A stretch of 64,000 nt of DNA from Pseudomonadota bacterium (GTDB lineage Bacteria; Pseudomonadota; Gammaproteobacteria; Burkholderiales; Burkholderiaceae_C): positions 5,997 to 69,996 of the forward strand of contig JBMOQM010000056.1 of NCBI GenBank assembly GCA_049322875.1, in the 5' to 3' direction. Position 1 is the stretch's first letter; each line of letters starts with the position of its first letter. A program made the position numbers and the translations under genes. Under the pieces are notes generated by a model, which made no database searches, was not told the origin of the DNA, and worked only from the letters and a program-made list of their open reading frames with translations. Positions 55,293 through 64,000 of this stretch are shown here, piece after piece.

Positions 55293-55727
55293 ATGATGTA
55301 CGGCAAATTTGCCCTGTCTTCGATCGTGGCCGGCGTGCTGGCCGTGGCCTCCCAGTTCGCTGCCGCCCAGGTGGCGGTGGTCGTCGGTGCCAAGAGCCCG
55401 GTGGGCAACCTCACCGATGAGCAGGTGGCCAGCGTCTACCTCGGCAAGACCAACACGCTGCCTGGCGGCGGCGCGGTGGCCCTGGCCGACCTGCCCGAGT
55501 CCAACCCGGCCCGGGATCACTTCTACACCAAGGCCACGGGCAAGAACGGTGCGCAGATCAAGGCCACCTGGGCCCGCCTGACCTTCTCCGGCAAGGGCGT
55601 GCCCCCCAAGGAGATGGCCACCTCGGCCGATGTGAAGAAGTTCGTGGCAGGCAACCCCAACGCCATTGGCTACATCGAGAAGTCCGCCGTGGACGCCTCG
55701 GTGAAGGTGGTGCTCTCGCTCGACTGA
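55293..55727 (+). CDS. Small secreted single-lobe periplasmic-binding-protein-like protein (PstS-like half domain)
   Basis: GGGAG RBS; signal peptide ending AAA; VVV..SPV..LT..QV..VYLGK, W....FSGKG.PP, V..NPNAIGYI. Confidence 0.78.
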   Translation: MMYGKFALSSIVAGVLAVASQFAAAQVAVVVGAKSPVGNLTDEQVASVYLGKTNTLPGGGAVALADLPESNPARDHFYTKATGKNGAQIKATWARLTFSGKGVPPKEMATSADVKKFVAGNPNAIGYIEKSAVDASVKVVLSLD

Positions 55728-55751
55728 GCCTGGGCTTTGACCGCCCAAGAG

Positions 55752-55779
55752 GCGCTTGCCGGCAGGCAAGCGCTTTTTT
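55752..55779 (+). terminator. Intrinsic terminator after the porin/mini-PBP pair
   Basis: GCGCTTGCC-GGCA-GGCAAGCGC-TTTTTT. Confidence 0.85.
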
Positions 55780-55794
55780 CATGGTGCGTCGCTT

Positions 55795-56913
55795 TTAGCG
55801 CCCCAGGCCGTACAGCCCTGCGCGGTCCAGGCGGACCAGCACGTTGCTGCGCGCCACGGTGGCCGCGACCTTGAACTCCGGCCGGGCGGTGTCCCGTGGG
55901 ATAGGGTGCACGTAGACGCGCCCGTCGCTGCTGACCAGGCTGCACACATGCGGCGTGTTGGCGGCCTCGCCTGAGCGCACCACCACGGCGGTCTCTCCGT
56001 TGCCGAGCTTGACGAAGCTGCCCGGGGGGTAGATGCCCATCTCCTTGACGATGGCGGCCGCGTACAGATTGTTCGCGCCGCCGGCCGACAGGAACATCTC
56101 GCGGGCGGCCGCGTTGGGCGCCATGGCCGAGCGTGACACGCGGGAGCTCAGCTTGGCGAGGTAGACATCCACGTAATGGATCAGGCAGGCCAATTCACCG
56201 GCCTTGCGGACATCAGCGGGCAGGGGCTTGCCGCCATCGGTCACATGATGGAACTCCACGGCCCGCAGCCAGGTGTCATCCGTGACGCCTGCCTTTTCCA
56301 GCATCTCGCGGCTCCGCCTGGCGTGCTGCCGGATCTCCTGGCGCTGGCCGGGGCTGAGCGGCGTGGCCTGCACCGCCAGGGCGTTCTGCAGCTCGATCAT
56401 GGCCACGTTCATGGTCAGTGAGGCGTTGATCAGCGCGGCGCGGTCGCCCTCGCTCCAGCCCAGCCTGGCCGCCACCAGCGTGGCGATGCAGGCCGTCTGG
56501 AGGGAATGCGTGACGGCGTAGTTGGGCGAATCGTTGTGGACCATCTCGAATTTGCCGATGTCCACGTTGTGCCCGATGGCCCCGACGATGTCGTGGCCGA
56601 TGCCTGCCACCTCGGTGGCGAATTCGCCGCCCTCCGTGCAATGGCGCAAAACAGCACCCACCCGACGCTGAATACCTGCCCACACGCTGAAGGGGTCGAA
56701 CACGGCTGCCTGATCCTGCATTTGCCGGCGGTTTTCTCTTTCATATTCTTCAGCATCCACATAGACGCCGCGTTCGAGCAGGGTCTCGATCTGGCTCTGC
56801 TCCGTGGGGACAAAACCCTTGTTCAGCAGCAACTGGCCGGGCTCGTTGCGGACCCCCCAGGGAAGAGGGTGGTTCAGGCGAATCTCATGGGCACACAGCC
56901 GAAGCAACTTCAT
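55795..56913 (-). CDS. Degenerate HD-GYP-like protein
   Basis: HD-GYP architecture (HSLQTA, HH.TDG, D.Y.A..S.R, GIYPPGS.VKL.NGE.AVV), but LHD is replaced by TMN and GYP by KPL. Confidence 0.78.
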   Translation of the reverse strand: MKLLRLCAHEIRLNHPLPWGVRNEPGQLLLNKGFVPTEQSQIETLLERGVYVDAEEYERENRRQMQDQAAVFDPFSVWAGIQRRVGAVLRHCTEGGEFATEVAGIGHDIVGAIGHNVDIGKFEMVHNDSPNYAVTHSLQTACIATLVAARLGWSEGDRAALINASLTMNVAMIELQNALAVQATPLSPGQRQEIRQHARRSREMLEKAGVTDDTWLRAVEFHHVTDGGKPLPADVRKAGELACLIHYVDVYLAKLSSRVSRSAMAPNAAAREMFLSAGGANNLYAAAIVKEMGIYPPGSFVKLGNGETAVVVRSGEAANTPHVCSLVSSDGRVYVHPIPRDTARPEFKVAATVARSNVLVRLDRAGLYGLGR

Positions 56914-57033
56914 GAGGCCCTTCAGAAAATGAATGGAATATGAGTAATTAAGGCATGCTTAAACGAATGTTTACGGACGGGATAACCCCTCAAAATGATC
57001 AAAGTGATATGACGGGGTGTGAGAAAAGCACGT

Positions 57034-57056
57034 AATTCAAGTGCAGTACTTGAATT
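57034..57056. promoter_or_regulatory. Perfect AT-rich palindrome (operator candidate)
   Basis: AATTCAAGT-GCAGT-ACTTGAATT. Confidence 0.5.
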
Positions 57057-57140
57057 GTTCTGAAGGGGCCTTTAATTTATTTAATGCATGTGATATTTAA
57101 TGTTTTTCGGGAAAGCGAAAACAAATGCCATTCGTAAATT

Positions 57141-57158
57141 CCGTGATGTGATTCACGG
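57141..57158. promoter_or_regulatory. CRP/FNR-superfamily-like site
   Basis: CCGTGA-TGTGAT-TCACGG, i.e. GTGA-N6-TCAC. Confidence 0.45.
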
Positions 57159-57231
57159 ATGCCGTGCGAGAGGGCCGGCAACGGGGGCTGGTGGGGCGCG
57201 AAATGAAGGGCGGAGGCCCGGTTTATCGGGC

Positions 57232-57258
57232 TAAAGAATTTCCGGCCGTGGCCAAGAA
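57232..57258 (+). promoter_or_regulatory. Candidate sigma28-like promoter upstream of flhB
   Basis: TAAAGAAT-N11-GCCAAGAA (5/8 and 6/8 matches to consensus, exact spacing). Confidence 0.35.
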
Positions 57259-57293
57259 TCCGAGCCTAGGACGCAGTACTACGCTCGCACGCC

Positions 57294-58478
57294 ATGGCCG
57301 ATCAGGACAATCAGGACAAGCAGTTACCCGCCTCGGAGCGGAAGCTGAAGAAAGCCCGGGAAGAGGGCCAGATCGTCCGTTCCCGTGACTTGGGCCATTT
57401 CCTGGTGATCTTGTCGGCCACCATGGTGCTGGTGTTCCTGACCCCCTGGTGGATGGACCGCCTGAGCGCGCTGATGAGCGCGGGCTTTCGCTTCGACGCC
57501 CGCACCGTGGCCACGCCGGGCCTGATGCTCGAACGCCTGAGCGTGTGGAGCAGCACCGCGATGTTGCTGGTGGTGCCCCTGGGCCTGGGCATCGCCCTGG
57601 CGGCCGCCGCCTCCAGCGTGATCGCCGGCGGCTGGGTGATGAGCTTCCAGATCATCGCGCCCAAGTTCTCCAAGCTGAGCCCGCTCACAGGCATCGGCAA
57701 TGTGTTCTCCAAGCAGCAGATGGTCGATGCGCTCAAGGCCTGCACCCTGGCGCTGATCCTGGGTGCGGTGGGCGGCATGCTGCTGTGGAAGAACTGGCCC
57801 GATCTGGTCCACCTGCTGGCCCAGCCCCTGCCCACCGCCCTGAGCGACATGGGCTCGACCTTCCGCCACGTGCTGATGACGATGCTGATCGTGCTGGCGG
57901 GCTTCGCCCTCATCGACTGGCCGCTGCAGCGTTTCATGTTCATGAACCGCATGAAGATGAGCCATCAGGAAATGAAGGACGAGTTCAAGCAGCAGGAAGG
58001 CAACATGGAGGTCAAGGGTCGCATCAAGCAGCGCATGCGCGAGATGGCCAAGAAGCGCATGCTCGCGGCCGTGCCCCAGGCCGACCTGGTCGTGATGAAC
58101 CCGACCCACTACGCCGTGGCCCTGAAGTACGACGACGCCACCATGAACGCCCCGCGCGTGATCGCCAAGGGCCTGGACGTGCTGGCCATGAAGATCCGTG
58201 ACGTGGCCACCGAGAGCAAGGTGCCCGTGCTGGAGGCTCCTCCGCTGGCCCGTGCGCTGTATGCGCACTGTGAAGTCGATCACGAAGTGCCCATGGCCCT
58301 GTACAGCGCCGTGGCACAGGTGCTGGCCTATGTGTACCAGCTCAAGGCCGCGCTGGCCGGTCACGCTCCCCTGCCGGGCATGCCCGACCTGGAAGTGCCG
58401 CGCGACATGGATCCCAAGGAAAACCCGATGGCTGGACGCCGCCGCCCCGCGGCCGCCGCCGAGGAGTCTGACGAATGA
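57294..58478 (+). CDS. flhB: Flagellar export apparatus FlhB
   Basis: ASERKLKKAREEGQI.RSRDL, MKMSHQEMKDEFKQQEG, autocleavage NPTH, APPLARALY. Confidence 0.97.
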   Translation: MADQDNQDKQLPASERKLKKAREEGQIVRSRDLGHFLVILSATMVLVFLTPWWMDRLSALMSAGFRFDARTVATPGLMLERLSVWSSTAMLLVVPLGLGIALAAAASSVIAGGWVMSFQIIAPKFSKLSPLTGIGNVFSKQQMVDALKACTLALILGAVGGMLLWKNWPDLVHLLAQPLPTALSDMGSTFRHVLMTMLIVLAGFALIDWPLQRFMFMNRMKMSHQEMKDEFKQQEGNMEVKGRIKQRMREMAKKRMLAAVPQADLVVMNPTHYAVALKYDDATMNAPRVIAKGLDVLAMKIRDVATESKVPVLEAPPLARALYAHCEVDHEVPMALYSAVAQVLAYVYQLKAALAGHAPLPGMPDLEVPRDMDPKENPMAGRRRPAAAAEESDE

Positions 58479-60583
58479 ACGAGTGGCTGAACCGGCTGCG
58501 CGCCATGTCCGGGCGCGATGCGAAGGTGATCCAGGGCCTGGCGGCACCCATCGTGGTGCTGATGATCCTGGTGATGATGGTGCTGCCGCTGCCCCCGCTG
58601 GTGCTGGACATCTTCTTCACCTTCAACATCGCCATGGCCCTGATGGTGATGATGGTGGCGGCCACCATGCTGCGCCCCCTGGATTTCGCGGCTTTCCCGG
58701 CAGTGCTGCTGCTGACCACGCTGCTGCGCCTGTCGCTGAACGTGGCCTCCACCCGCGTGGTGCTGATGCACGGCCACACCGGCACGGGCGCCGCCGGCCA
58801 GGTGATCGAATCCTTCGGCCACGTGCTGATCGGCGGCAACTTCGCCGTCGGCCTGATCGTGTTCGCCATCCTGGTGATCATCAACTTCGTGGTGATCACG
58901 AAGGGCGCCGAGCGGATCGCCGAAGTCAGTGCCCGCTTCACTCTTGACGCCATGCCCGGCAAGCAGATGGCGATCGACGCCGACCTGAGCGCCGGCCTGA
59001 TCGACGAGAAGGAGGCCAAGAAGCGCCGCCGCGAAGTGGGCGAAGAGGCCGAGTTCCACGGCTCCATGGACGGTGCCTCCAAGTTTGTGCGCGGCGATGC
59101 CATCGCCGGCATCCTGATCCTGTTCATCAACATCATCGGCGGCTTTATCATCGGCGTGGCCCAGCACGGCCTGTCGGCGGGCGACGCGGCCAGCACCTAC
59201 ATCCTGCTGGCCGTCGGTGACGCGCTGGTGGCCCAGATCCCCTCGCTGCTGATCTCGGTGGCCTCGGCCATGGTGGTGTCGCGCGTCGGCAAGGACGAGG
59301 ACGTCGGCGCCATGATCGCCGGCCAGATGTTCAAGAACCCCAAGGTCATGGGCGTGGCGGCCGGCGTGGTCGGCCTGCTGGGCATCATCCCGGGCATGCC
59401 CCTGCTGATCTTCGGCCCGATCGCGGGCGGCATGGGCTGGTGGGCCTGGAAGATGAACGAGAAGCAGAAGGCGGCGCTCAATGCCCCGAAGCCGGTGGAG
59501 AAACCCGCCGACGCGGTCGCCAACCCGAACGGCGAAGCCACCTGGGACGACCTGCAGCCCGTGGACACCCTGGGCCTGGAAGTGGGCTACCGCCTGATTC
59601 AGCTGGTCGACAAGGACCGTGGCGGCGACTTGCTCAACCGGATCAAGGGCGTTCGGCGCAAGTTCGCGCAGGAAGTGGGCTTTTTGCCGCCGTCCGTGCA
59701 CATCAAGGACAACCTGGAGCTGCGCCCCAGCGTCTACCGCATCACGCTGCGCGGCGCCGTGGTGGGCGAGGGCGAGGTCTTCCCCGGCATGCTGATGGCC
59801 ATCAACCCCGGGCATGTGACAAATGCACTGCCTGGCACGGCGGCCACCGATCCGGCCTTCGGGCTGCCGGCGGTGTGGGTCGAAGACCGCCAGCGGGAAG
59901 CGGCGCAAATGGCGGGGTACACGGTCGTTGATCCCTCGACCGTCGTGGCCACGCATCTCTCACACTTGATGCAAATGCAAGCGGCCAAGCTGCTGGGTCG
60001 AGTCGAGACCCAACAACTGGTCGAACATGTGACGAAACTGGCTCCCAAACTGATCGAAGACGTGGTTCCCAAAATGGTTGGCATCGCAACGCTCCAGAAA
60101 GTGCTCCAGCTCCTGCTGGACGAGGGCGTGCACATCCGCGACATGCGCTCGATCATCGAGACGCTGGCGGAGCAGGTGTCCCTGTCGCCGGGCATCGGCA
60201 ACGACGCCATCGAGCTGGGCCGTCGCATCCGTGTCGGCCTGGCCCCGGCCATCGTTCAGCAGATCTACGGCCCCGTCCGCGAACTGGACGTCATCGCCAT
60301 CGAACCCGATCTGGAGCGCCTGCTGACCCAGGCACTCACTTCCCCGAATGGTCCCATGCTCGATCCGGGCGTGGCCGATCACCTGACACGGCAGGCCGCG
60401 GATGCCTCGCAGCGTCAGGAGAACCTGGGCCACCCGGCCTGCCTGCTCGTCCCGGACGTGATCCGTCCGTCGGTGGCCCGCTTGCTCAAGCGTGCCGCTC
60501 CGCGCCTGAAGGTGCTGGGGCACAGCGAGATTCCTGAAACCCACTCCATCCGCATCGGCACCTTGATTGGAGGCCACGCATGA
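58475..60583 (+). CDS. flhA: Flagellar export apparatus FlhA
   Basis: FPAVLLLTTLLRLSLNVASTR, ITKGAERIAEVSARFTLDAMPGKQMAIDADL, GSMDGASKFVRGDAIAG, LEVGYRLI. Confidence 0.98.
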   Translation: MNEWLNRLRAMSGRDAKVIQGLAAPIVVLMILVMMVLPLPPLVLDIFFTFNIAMALMVMMVAATMLRPLDFAAFPAVLLLTTLLRLSLNVASTRVVLMHGHTGTGAAGQVIESFGHVLIGGNFAVGLIVFAILVIINFVVITKGAERIAEVSARFTLDAMPGKQMAIDADLSAGLIDEKEAKKRRREVGEEAEFHGSMDGASKFVRGDAIAGILILFINIIGGFIIGVAQHGLSAGDAASTYILLAVGDALVAQIPSLLISVASAMVVSRVGKDEDVGAMIAGQMFKNPKVMGVAAGVVGLLGIIPGMPLLIFGPIAGGMGWWAWKMNEKQKAALNAPKPVEKPADAVANPNGEATWDDLQPVDTLGLEVGYRLIQLVDKDRGGDLLNRIKGVRRKFAQEVGFLPPSVHIKDNLELRPSVYRITLRGAVVGEGEVFPGMLMAINPGHVTNALPGTAATDPAFGLPAVWVEDRQREAAQMAGYTVVDPSTVVATHLSHLMQMQAAKLLGRVETQQLVEHVTKLAPKLIEDVVPKMVGIATLQKVLQLLLDEGVHIRDMRSIIETLAEQVSLSPGIGNDAIELGRRIRVGLAPAIVQQIYGPVRELDVIAIEPDLERLLTQALTSPNGPMLDPGVADHLTRQAADASQRQENLGHPACLLVPDVIRPSVARLLKRAAPRLKVLGHSEIPETHSIRIGTLIGGHA

Positions 60584-62355
60584 ACGTCAAACGCTTTACT
60601 GGACGCACCTCACGCGAGGCCATGCAGAAGGTTCGCCAGGTCTTTGGCGATGAAGCCGTGGTGCTGTCGACCAAGCCGGCGGCCGAGGGTGGCGTGGAGA
60701 TCATGGCGATGGGCGCTGACGGCATGGCCGCCATCGACCGTCTGGAAGCCGAGCACCACGAGCCGCAACAGCAGCCCGTGGCACAACAGGCCCCGAAGGC
60801 CGCTGCCGCCAAGCCGGCCGCAGCCCGTGGTCTGGCCGCCCGTGCCGAGCCGGAAGCCGCCGAGAAGGGCGCCCGTGGCTCGATGGCCTCGCTGGCCAGC
60901 TCCGTGCAGGATGACGTGCGTCAGTTGGCCATGAGCACCCTGTCGTTCCAGGAATATGTGCGTGAGCGCATGCTCAAGCGCCGCCAGGCCGCCCTGAAGG
61001 CCCGCATGGAGCCGGAACTGGCCCAGTCGCCCGAAGAGCAACTGGCCCAGCGCGTGGCCCCGGCCATGCCCCGCGCCGCCGACATCCTGCCGGCCATCAA
61101 CCTGCCCGAATCCGACCTGGACTTGTCCGGCCCCTCGCTGCGTCTGGTGAAGAACCAGCGCGAAGAGCAGGCCCTGCAGGCCGCCCGCGAATCCCTGGTG
61201 GCCACGCGCCCCGCTGCGCCCGTGGCCCAGCCCCAGCCCCAGCCGCGCGCCACCGCCAAGGCCGCTGCCGCCTCGGCCGGCTGGACGGACGACGACCTGC
61301 GCATGGACAACATGGTCAAGCGCGGCACGCCCGCCAAGGCCGCTGCCCCCGTGGTGGACGAAACCACCCGCGAAGCCCTGGTCGCCGCGCAGAATGCCAA
61401 CGCCTCCATGCTCACCGAGATCCGTGCGATGCGCGCCCTGATGAAGGAGCGCTTCGAGACCATGGCCTTCGTGGACAAGCTGCAGCGCACGCCCAGCCAG
61501 GCCCTGATGGCCCAGCGTCTGCTGGACGGCGGCTTCTCGCCCGTGCTGATCCGCAAGATGCTCGACGGCATGCCCCGCGATGTGGTGGCCGGCAAGGTCG
61601 ACGAGATGAGCTGGACCACGCAAGTGCTGCAGCGCAACCTGAACACCGCCGACCACGAGCCCAACATCGAGGACCAGGGCGGCATCTTCGCCATGATCGG
61701 TTCCACCGGCGTCGGCAAGACCACCTCCACCGCCAAGCTGGCCGCGCTGTTCGCCGCCAAGCACGGCGCGCAGAACCTGGGCCTGATCACCCTGGACGCC
61801 TACCGGATGGGCGCCCACGAACAGCTGCGCGCCTATGGCCGCATCCTGGGTGTGCCCGTGCACATCGCCCATGACCGCGCCGCGCTGGAAGACCTGCTCG
61901 AGCTGCTGTCGGGCAAGAAGCTGATCCTGATCGACACCGCCGGCATGCCCCAGCGCGATGCCCGCACCCGCGAGCTGCTCGAGATGATTTCGCATCCCAG
62001 CATCAAGAAGCTGCTGGTGATCAACGCCGCCGCCCAGGGCGACGCCATCGAAGATGTCATGGTTTCTTATCAGGCGGCATCCTGCGCAGGTATCGTCTTG
62101 TCCAAGCTGGACGAAGCCGTGAAGCTCGGCCCGGCTCTGGATGCGTTAATTCGTCACAAACTGAAAGTGCTGGGCGTCGCCAACGGGCAACGCGTGCCGG
62201 AAGATTGGCACCGTCTGTCATCGGCTTCCCTGGTGCACCGCGCGCTGCGGGCCAGCCTCAACCCGGCATTCCGCCTGGATGCCAGCGAGGTGAGCCTGGT
62301 GTTCGCTGCGCCGGCCACCTTCGACGCCCAGTCGTCTTCGCAACCCATGGCGTGA
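60580..62355 (+). CDS. flhF: Flagellar biosynthesis SRP-type GTPase FlhF
   Basis: MNVKRFTG..SREAM..VR..FG.EAV.LS, G1 GSTGVGKTT, DAYRMGA.EQL, DTAG, SKLDE, NGQRVPED. Confidence 0.95.
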   Translation: MNVKRFTGRTSREAMQKVRQVFGDEAVVLSTKPAAEGGVEIMAMGADGMAAIDRLEAEHHEPQQQPVAQQAPKAAAAKPAAARGLAARAEPEAAEKGARGSMASLASSVQDDVRQLAMSTLSFQEYVRERMLKRRQAALKARMEPELAQSPEEQLAQRVAPAMPRAADILPAINLPESDLDLSGPSLRLVKNQREEQALQAARESLVATRPAAPVAQPQPQPRATAKAAAASAGWTDDDLRMDNMVKRGTPAKAAAPVVDETTREALVAAQNANASMLTEIRAMRALMKERFETMAFVDKLQRTPSQALMAQRLLDGGFSPVLIRKMLDGMPRDVVAGKVDEMSWTTQVLQRNLNTADHEPNIEDQGGIFAMIGSTGVGKTTSTAKLAALFAAKHGAQNLGLITLDAYRMGAHEQLRAYGRILGVPVHIAHDRAALEDLLELLSGKKLILIDTAGMPQRDARTRELLEMISHPSIKKLLVINAAAQGDAIEDVMVSYQAASCAGIVLSKLDEAVKLGPALDALIRHKLKVLGVANGQRVPEDWHRLSSASLVHRALRASLNPAFRLDASEVSLVFAAPATFDAQSSSQPMA

Positions 62356-62368
62356 TCGAGCCTGCCAC

Positions 62369-63199
62369 ATGACCAGTTCTGCGCGCTCATCGTCCAGCAG
62401 CACCAGCCGGCCCGTCGACCAGGCCCATGGCCTGCGCCAGATGTTCCCCAGCCGTGTGGTTCGTTTCATTCCCGTCGTTTCCAACCCGCAGGTCATGTTC
62501 GGCGGCGTGGTGCTGGAGCGCCTGTGTGCCGCCTTCGCCGGCTTCGGCCTCAAGACCCTGGTCGTCGATGCGGGTGAGCGCGCCCGCACGCCGTCCGAGC
62601 TGGCCGGTTTCGACCTGGCCGAAGGCATCGAACAGCTGACCGACGACGTGCACTACATGCCCGCCCGCGGCCTGCCATTGCGCCATGTGGATGCGCAGGG
62701 CAGCAGTGCCTCGCTGGTGTGCGCCCTGGCCGATGCGGCTCCGCAGATGGACGTGATCCTGCTGCATGCCTCGGCCAGCGAGCTGGTGCGCGTGCTGGGC
62801 CAGCGCAGCGTGGGTCTGAACGTGCGCCCGCTGGTGTTCACCGATGAAAACGCGGCCGGTTTGACCCACGCCTACGCGGCCGTGAAAACTTTCGTGCAGC
62901 GCGCGCGCTGGATGTCTTACGATCTGCTGGTGTGTGCCGGCCCTGGCTCCCGGGCAGGCGCGCAGATTGCCCAGCGTCTGGGTCAGTGCGCCGACAGCTT
63001 CCTCGGTGCCGCCCAGCGTGACTGGCTGCAGATGAACCCGATGGAGCCTGCCGCCCGGGATCCCAGCGCCGCGTTCCTGGACATGGCCGCCGACCTGCTG
63101 CGCTGCGCACTGCCACATACACTCGGAGATTCCGCTTTTGACCACCTGATGTCCCCCGGGGCTGCCTTGCCTTCCAGGTCCACACCGGTGTTCAATTGA
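62369..63199 (+). CDS. flhG: FlhG/FleN-like protein with a degenerate ATPase motif
   Basis: Lies between flhF and fliA; DQAHGLR activator motif; MinD-like TLVVDA and MPARG, but no KGGxGKT. Confidence 0.65.
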   Translation: MTSSARSSSSSTSRPVDQAHGLRQMFPSRVVRFIPVVSNPQVMFGGVVLERLCAAFAGFGLKTLVVDAGERARTPSELAGFDLAEGIEQLTDDVHYMPARGLPLRHVDAQGSSASLVCALADAAPQMDVILLHASASELVRVLGQRSVGLNVRPLVFTDENAAGLTHAYAAVKTFVQRARWMSYDLLVCAGPGSRAGAQIAQRLGQCADSFLGAAQRDWLQMNPMEPAARDPSAAFLDMAADLLRCALPHTLGDSAFDHLMSPGAALPSRSTPVFN

Positions 63200-63209
63200 C
63201 AAGACGTTC

Positions 63210-63935
63210 ATGGAGCAGAACATGTATACCGCCAAAGGCCGACTCGACATCGATGCCATGCTCCACCAGTACAGCCCGCTGGTGAGACGCCTGGCGCATC
63301 AGATGATCGCCAAGCTGCCGGCCAATGTGGAAATCGATGACCTGATCCAGGTCGGCATGATCGGCCTGACCGACGCCCTCAGCCGCTTCGACGCCGGCCA
63401 GGGTGTGCAGTTCGAAACCTTCGCCACCCAGCGCATCCGCGGCGCCATGCTCGACGAGCTGCGCGGCGCCGACTGGATGAGCCGCGGCACCCGCAAGCAG
63501 CAACGCGACATCGAATCGGCCGTGCACCGCCTGGAGCAGAAGCTCGGCCGCCCGCCGGTCGAGAGCGAGATCGCCAAGGAAATGGGCATCAACCTGTCTG
63601 ATTATCAGGATATGCTGGGCAAGGTGCGGGGCACCCAGCTGATCTACCTGGAGGACATGAGCGGCGACGACGGCGACAGCGATTATCTTGACCGCCACGT
63701 GGCCGACGAGGGCAACGACCCCTTGAGCCTGCTGCAGGACCACCGCATGCGCGAGGCCCTGGTCGAGGCCATCAAGAACCTGCCCGAGCGCGAGCAGTAC
63801 GTGATGAGCATGTACTACGAGCAGGACATGAACCTCAAGGAAATCGCCGCCGTGCTCGGCGTGACCGAATCTCGTGTGTGTCAGCTTCACAGCCAGTCCA
63901 TCGCCCGGCTGCGTGTGAAGCTCAGGGCTTTCTGA
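63210..63935 (+). CDS. fliA: RNA polymerase sigma-28 factor
   Basis: PLVRRLAHQM..KLP.NVE.DDLIQ.GMIGL, FETFATQRIRGAMLDELR..DW, LPERE..V..MYYEQDMNLKEI..VLGVTESRVCQ. Start could be 63222. Confidence 0.97.
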   Translation: MEQNMYTAKGRLDIDAMLHQYSPLVRRLAHQMIAKLPANVEIDDLIQVGMIGLTDALSRFDAGQGVQFETFATQRIRGAMLDELRGADWMSRGTRKQQRDIESAVHRLEQKLGRPPVESEIAKEMGINLSDYQDMLGKVRGTQLIYLEDMSGDDGDSDYLDRHVADEGNDPLSLLQDHRMREALVEAIKNLPEREQYVMSMYYEQDMNLKEIAAVLGVTESRVCQLHSQSIARLRVKLRAF

Positions 63936-64000
63936 CCGGCATCGGTCACCCCATCGAACCGTTCCGGGCGAGGTCTGGCGGGAGGGGCGCTGCGGCCTGC

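Overview
A high-GC chromosomal window from a Burkholderiales betaproteobacterium (lineage inferred from gene content and synteny, not from a marker search). Left to right: (1) 1-14.75 kb, an accessory aromatic-catabolism cluster: two MhpA-like flavin hydroxylases, two VOC ring-cleavage dioxygenases, two amidohydrolase paralogs (one with a Tat signal), an SphA-type outer-membrane channel, an FAH-family enzyme, an acyl-CoA ligase, two TetR and one AraC regulator. It ends by running into tRNA-Ala(CGC) on the opposite strand. (2) A beta-hydroxyacid dehydrogenase, a degenerate GGDEF protein and zapB-like/zapA/6S RNA. (3) A cobalamin riboswitch heading btuB-cobU-btuFCD-cobO-cobQ-cobT-cobS-phosphatase. 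(4) Core genes clsB, ybhP-like, nudB, aspS, DUF502, FmdB-like, an SSS transporter, ubiB and ubiJ-like. (5) wcaJ, a low-GC EpsL-like barrel, galE and manC, directly followed by ybgC-tolQRA without tolB-pal. (6) An orphan GspE/PilB ATPase with four tandem MshEN-like repeats. (7) prkA-yeaH-spoVR. (8) A porin plus half-size periplasmic binding protein behind a sigma28-like promoter, and a degenerate HD-GYP protein. (9) flhB-flhA-flhF-flhG(degenerate)-fliA. No integrase, transposase or CRISPR array is visible. The best candidates for undescribed systems are the porin/mini-PBP module, the 4xMshEN orphan ATPase and the tRNA-anchored catabolic cluster with a periplasmic amidohydrolase. Family calls rest on recalled motifs; no database searches were run.
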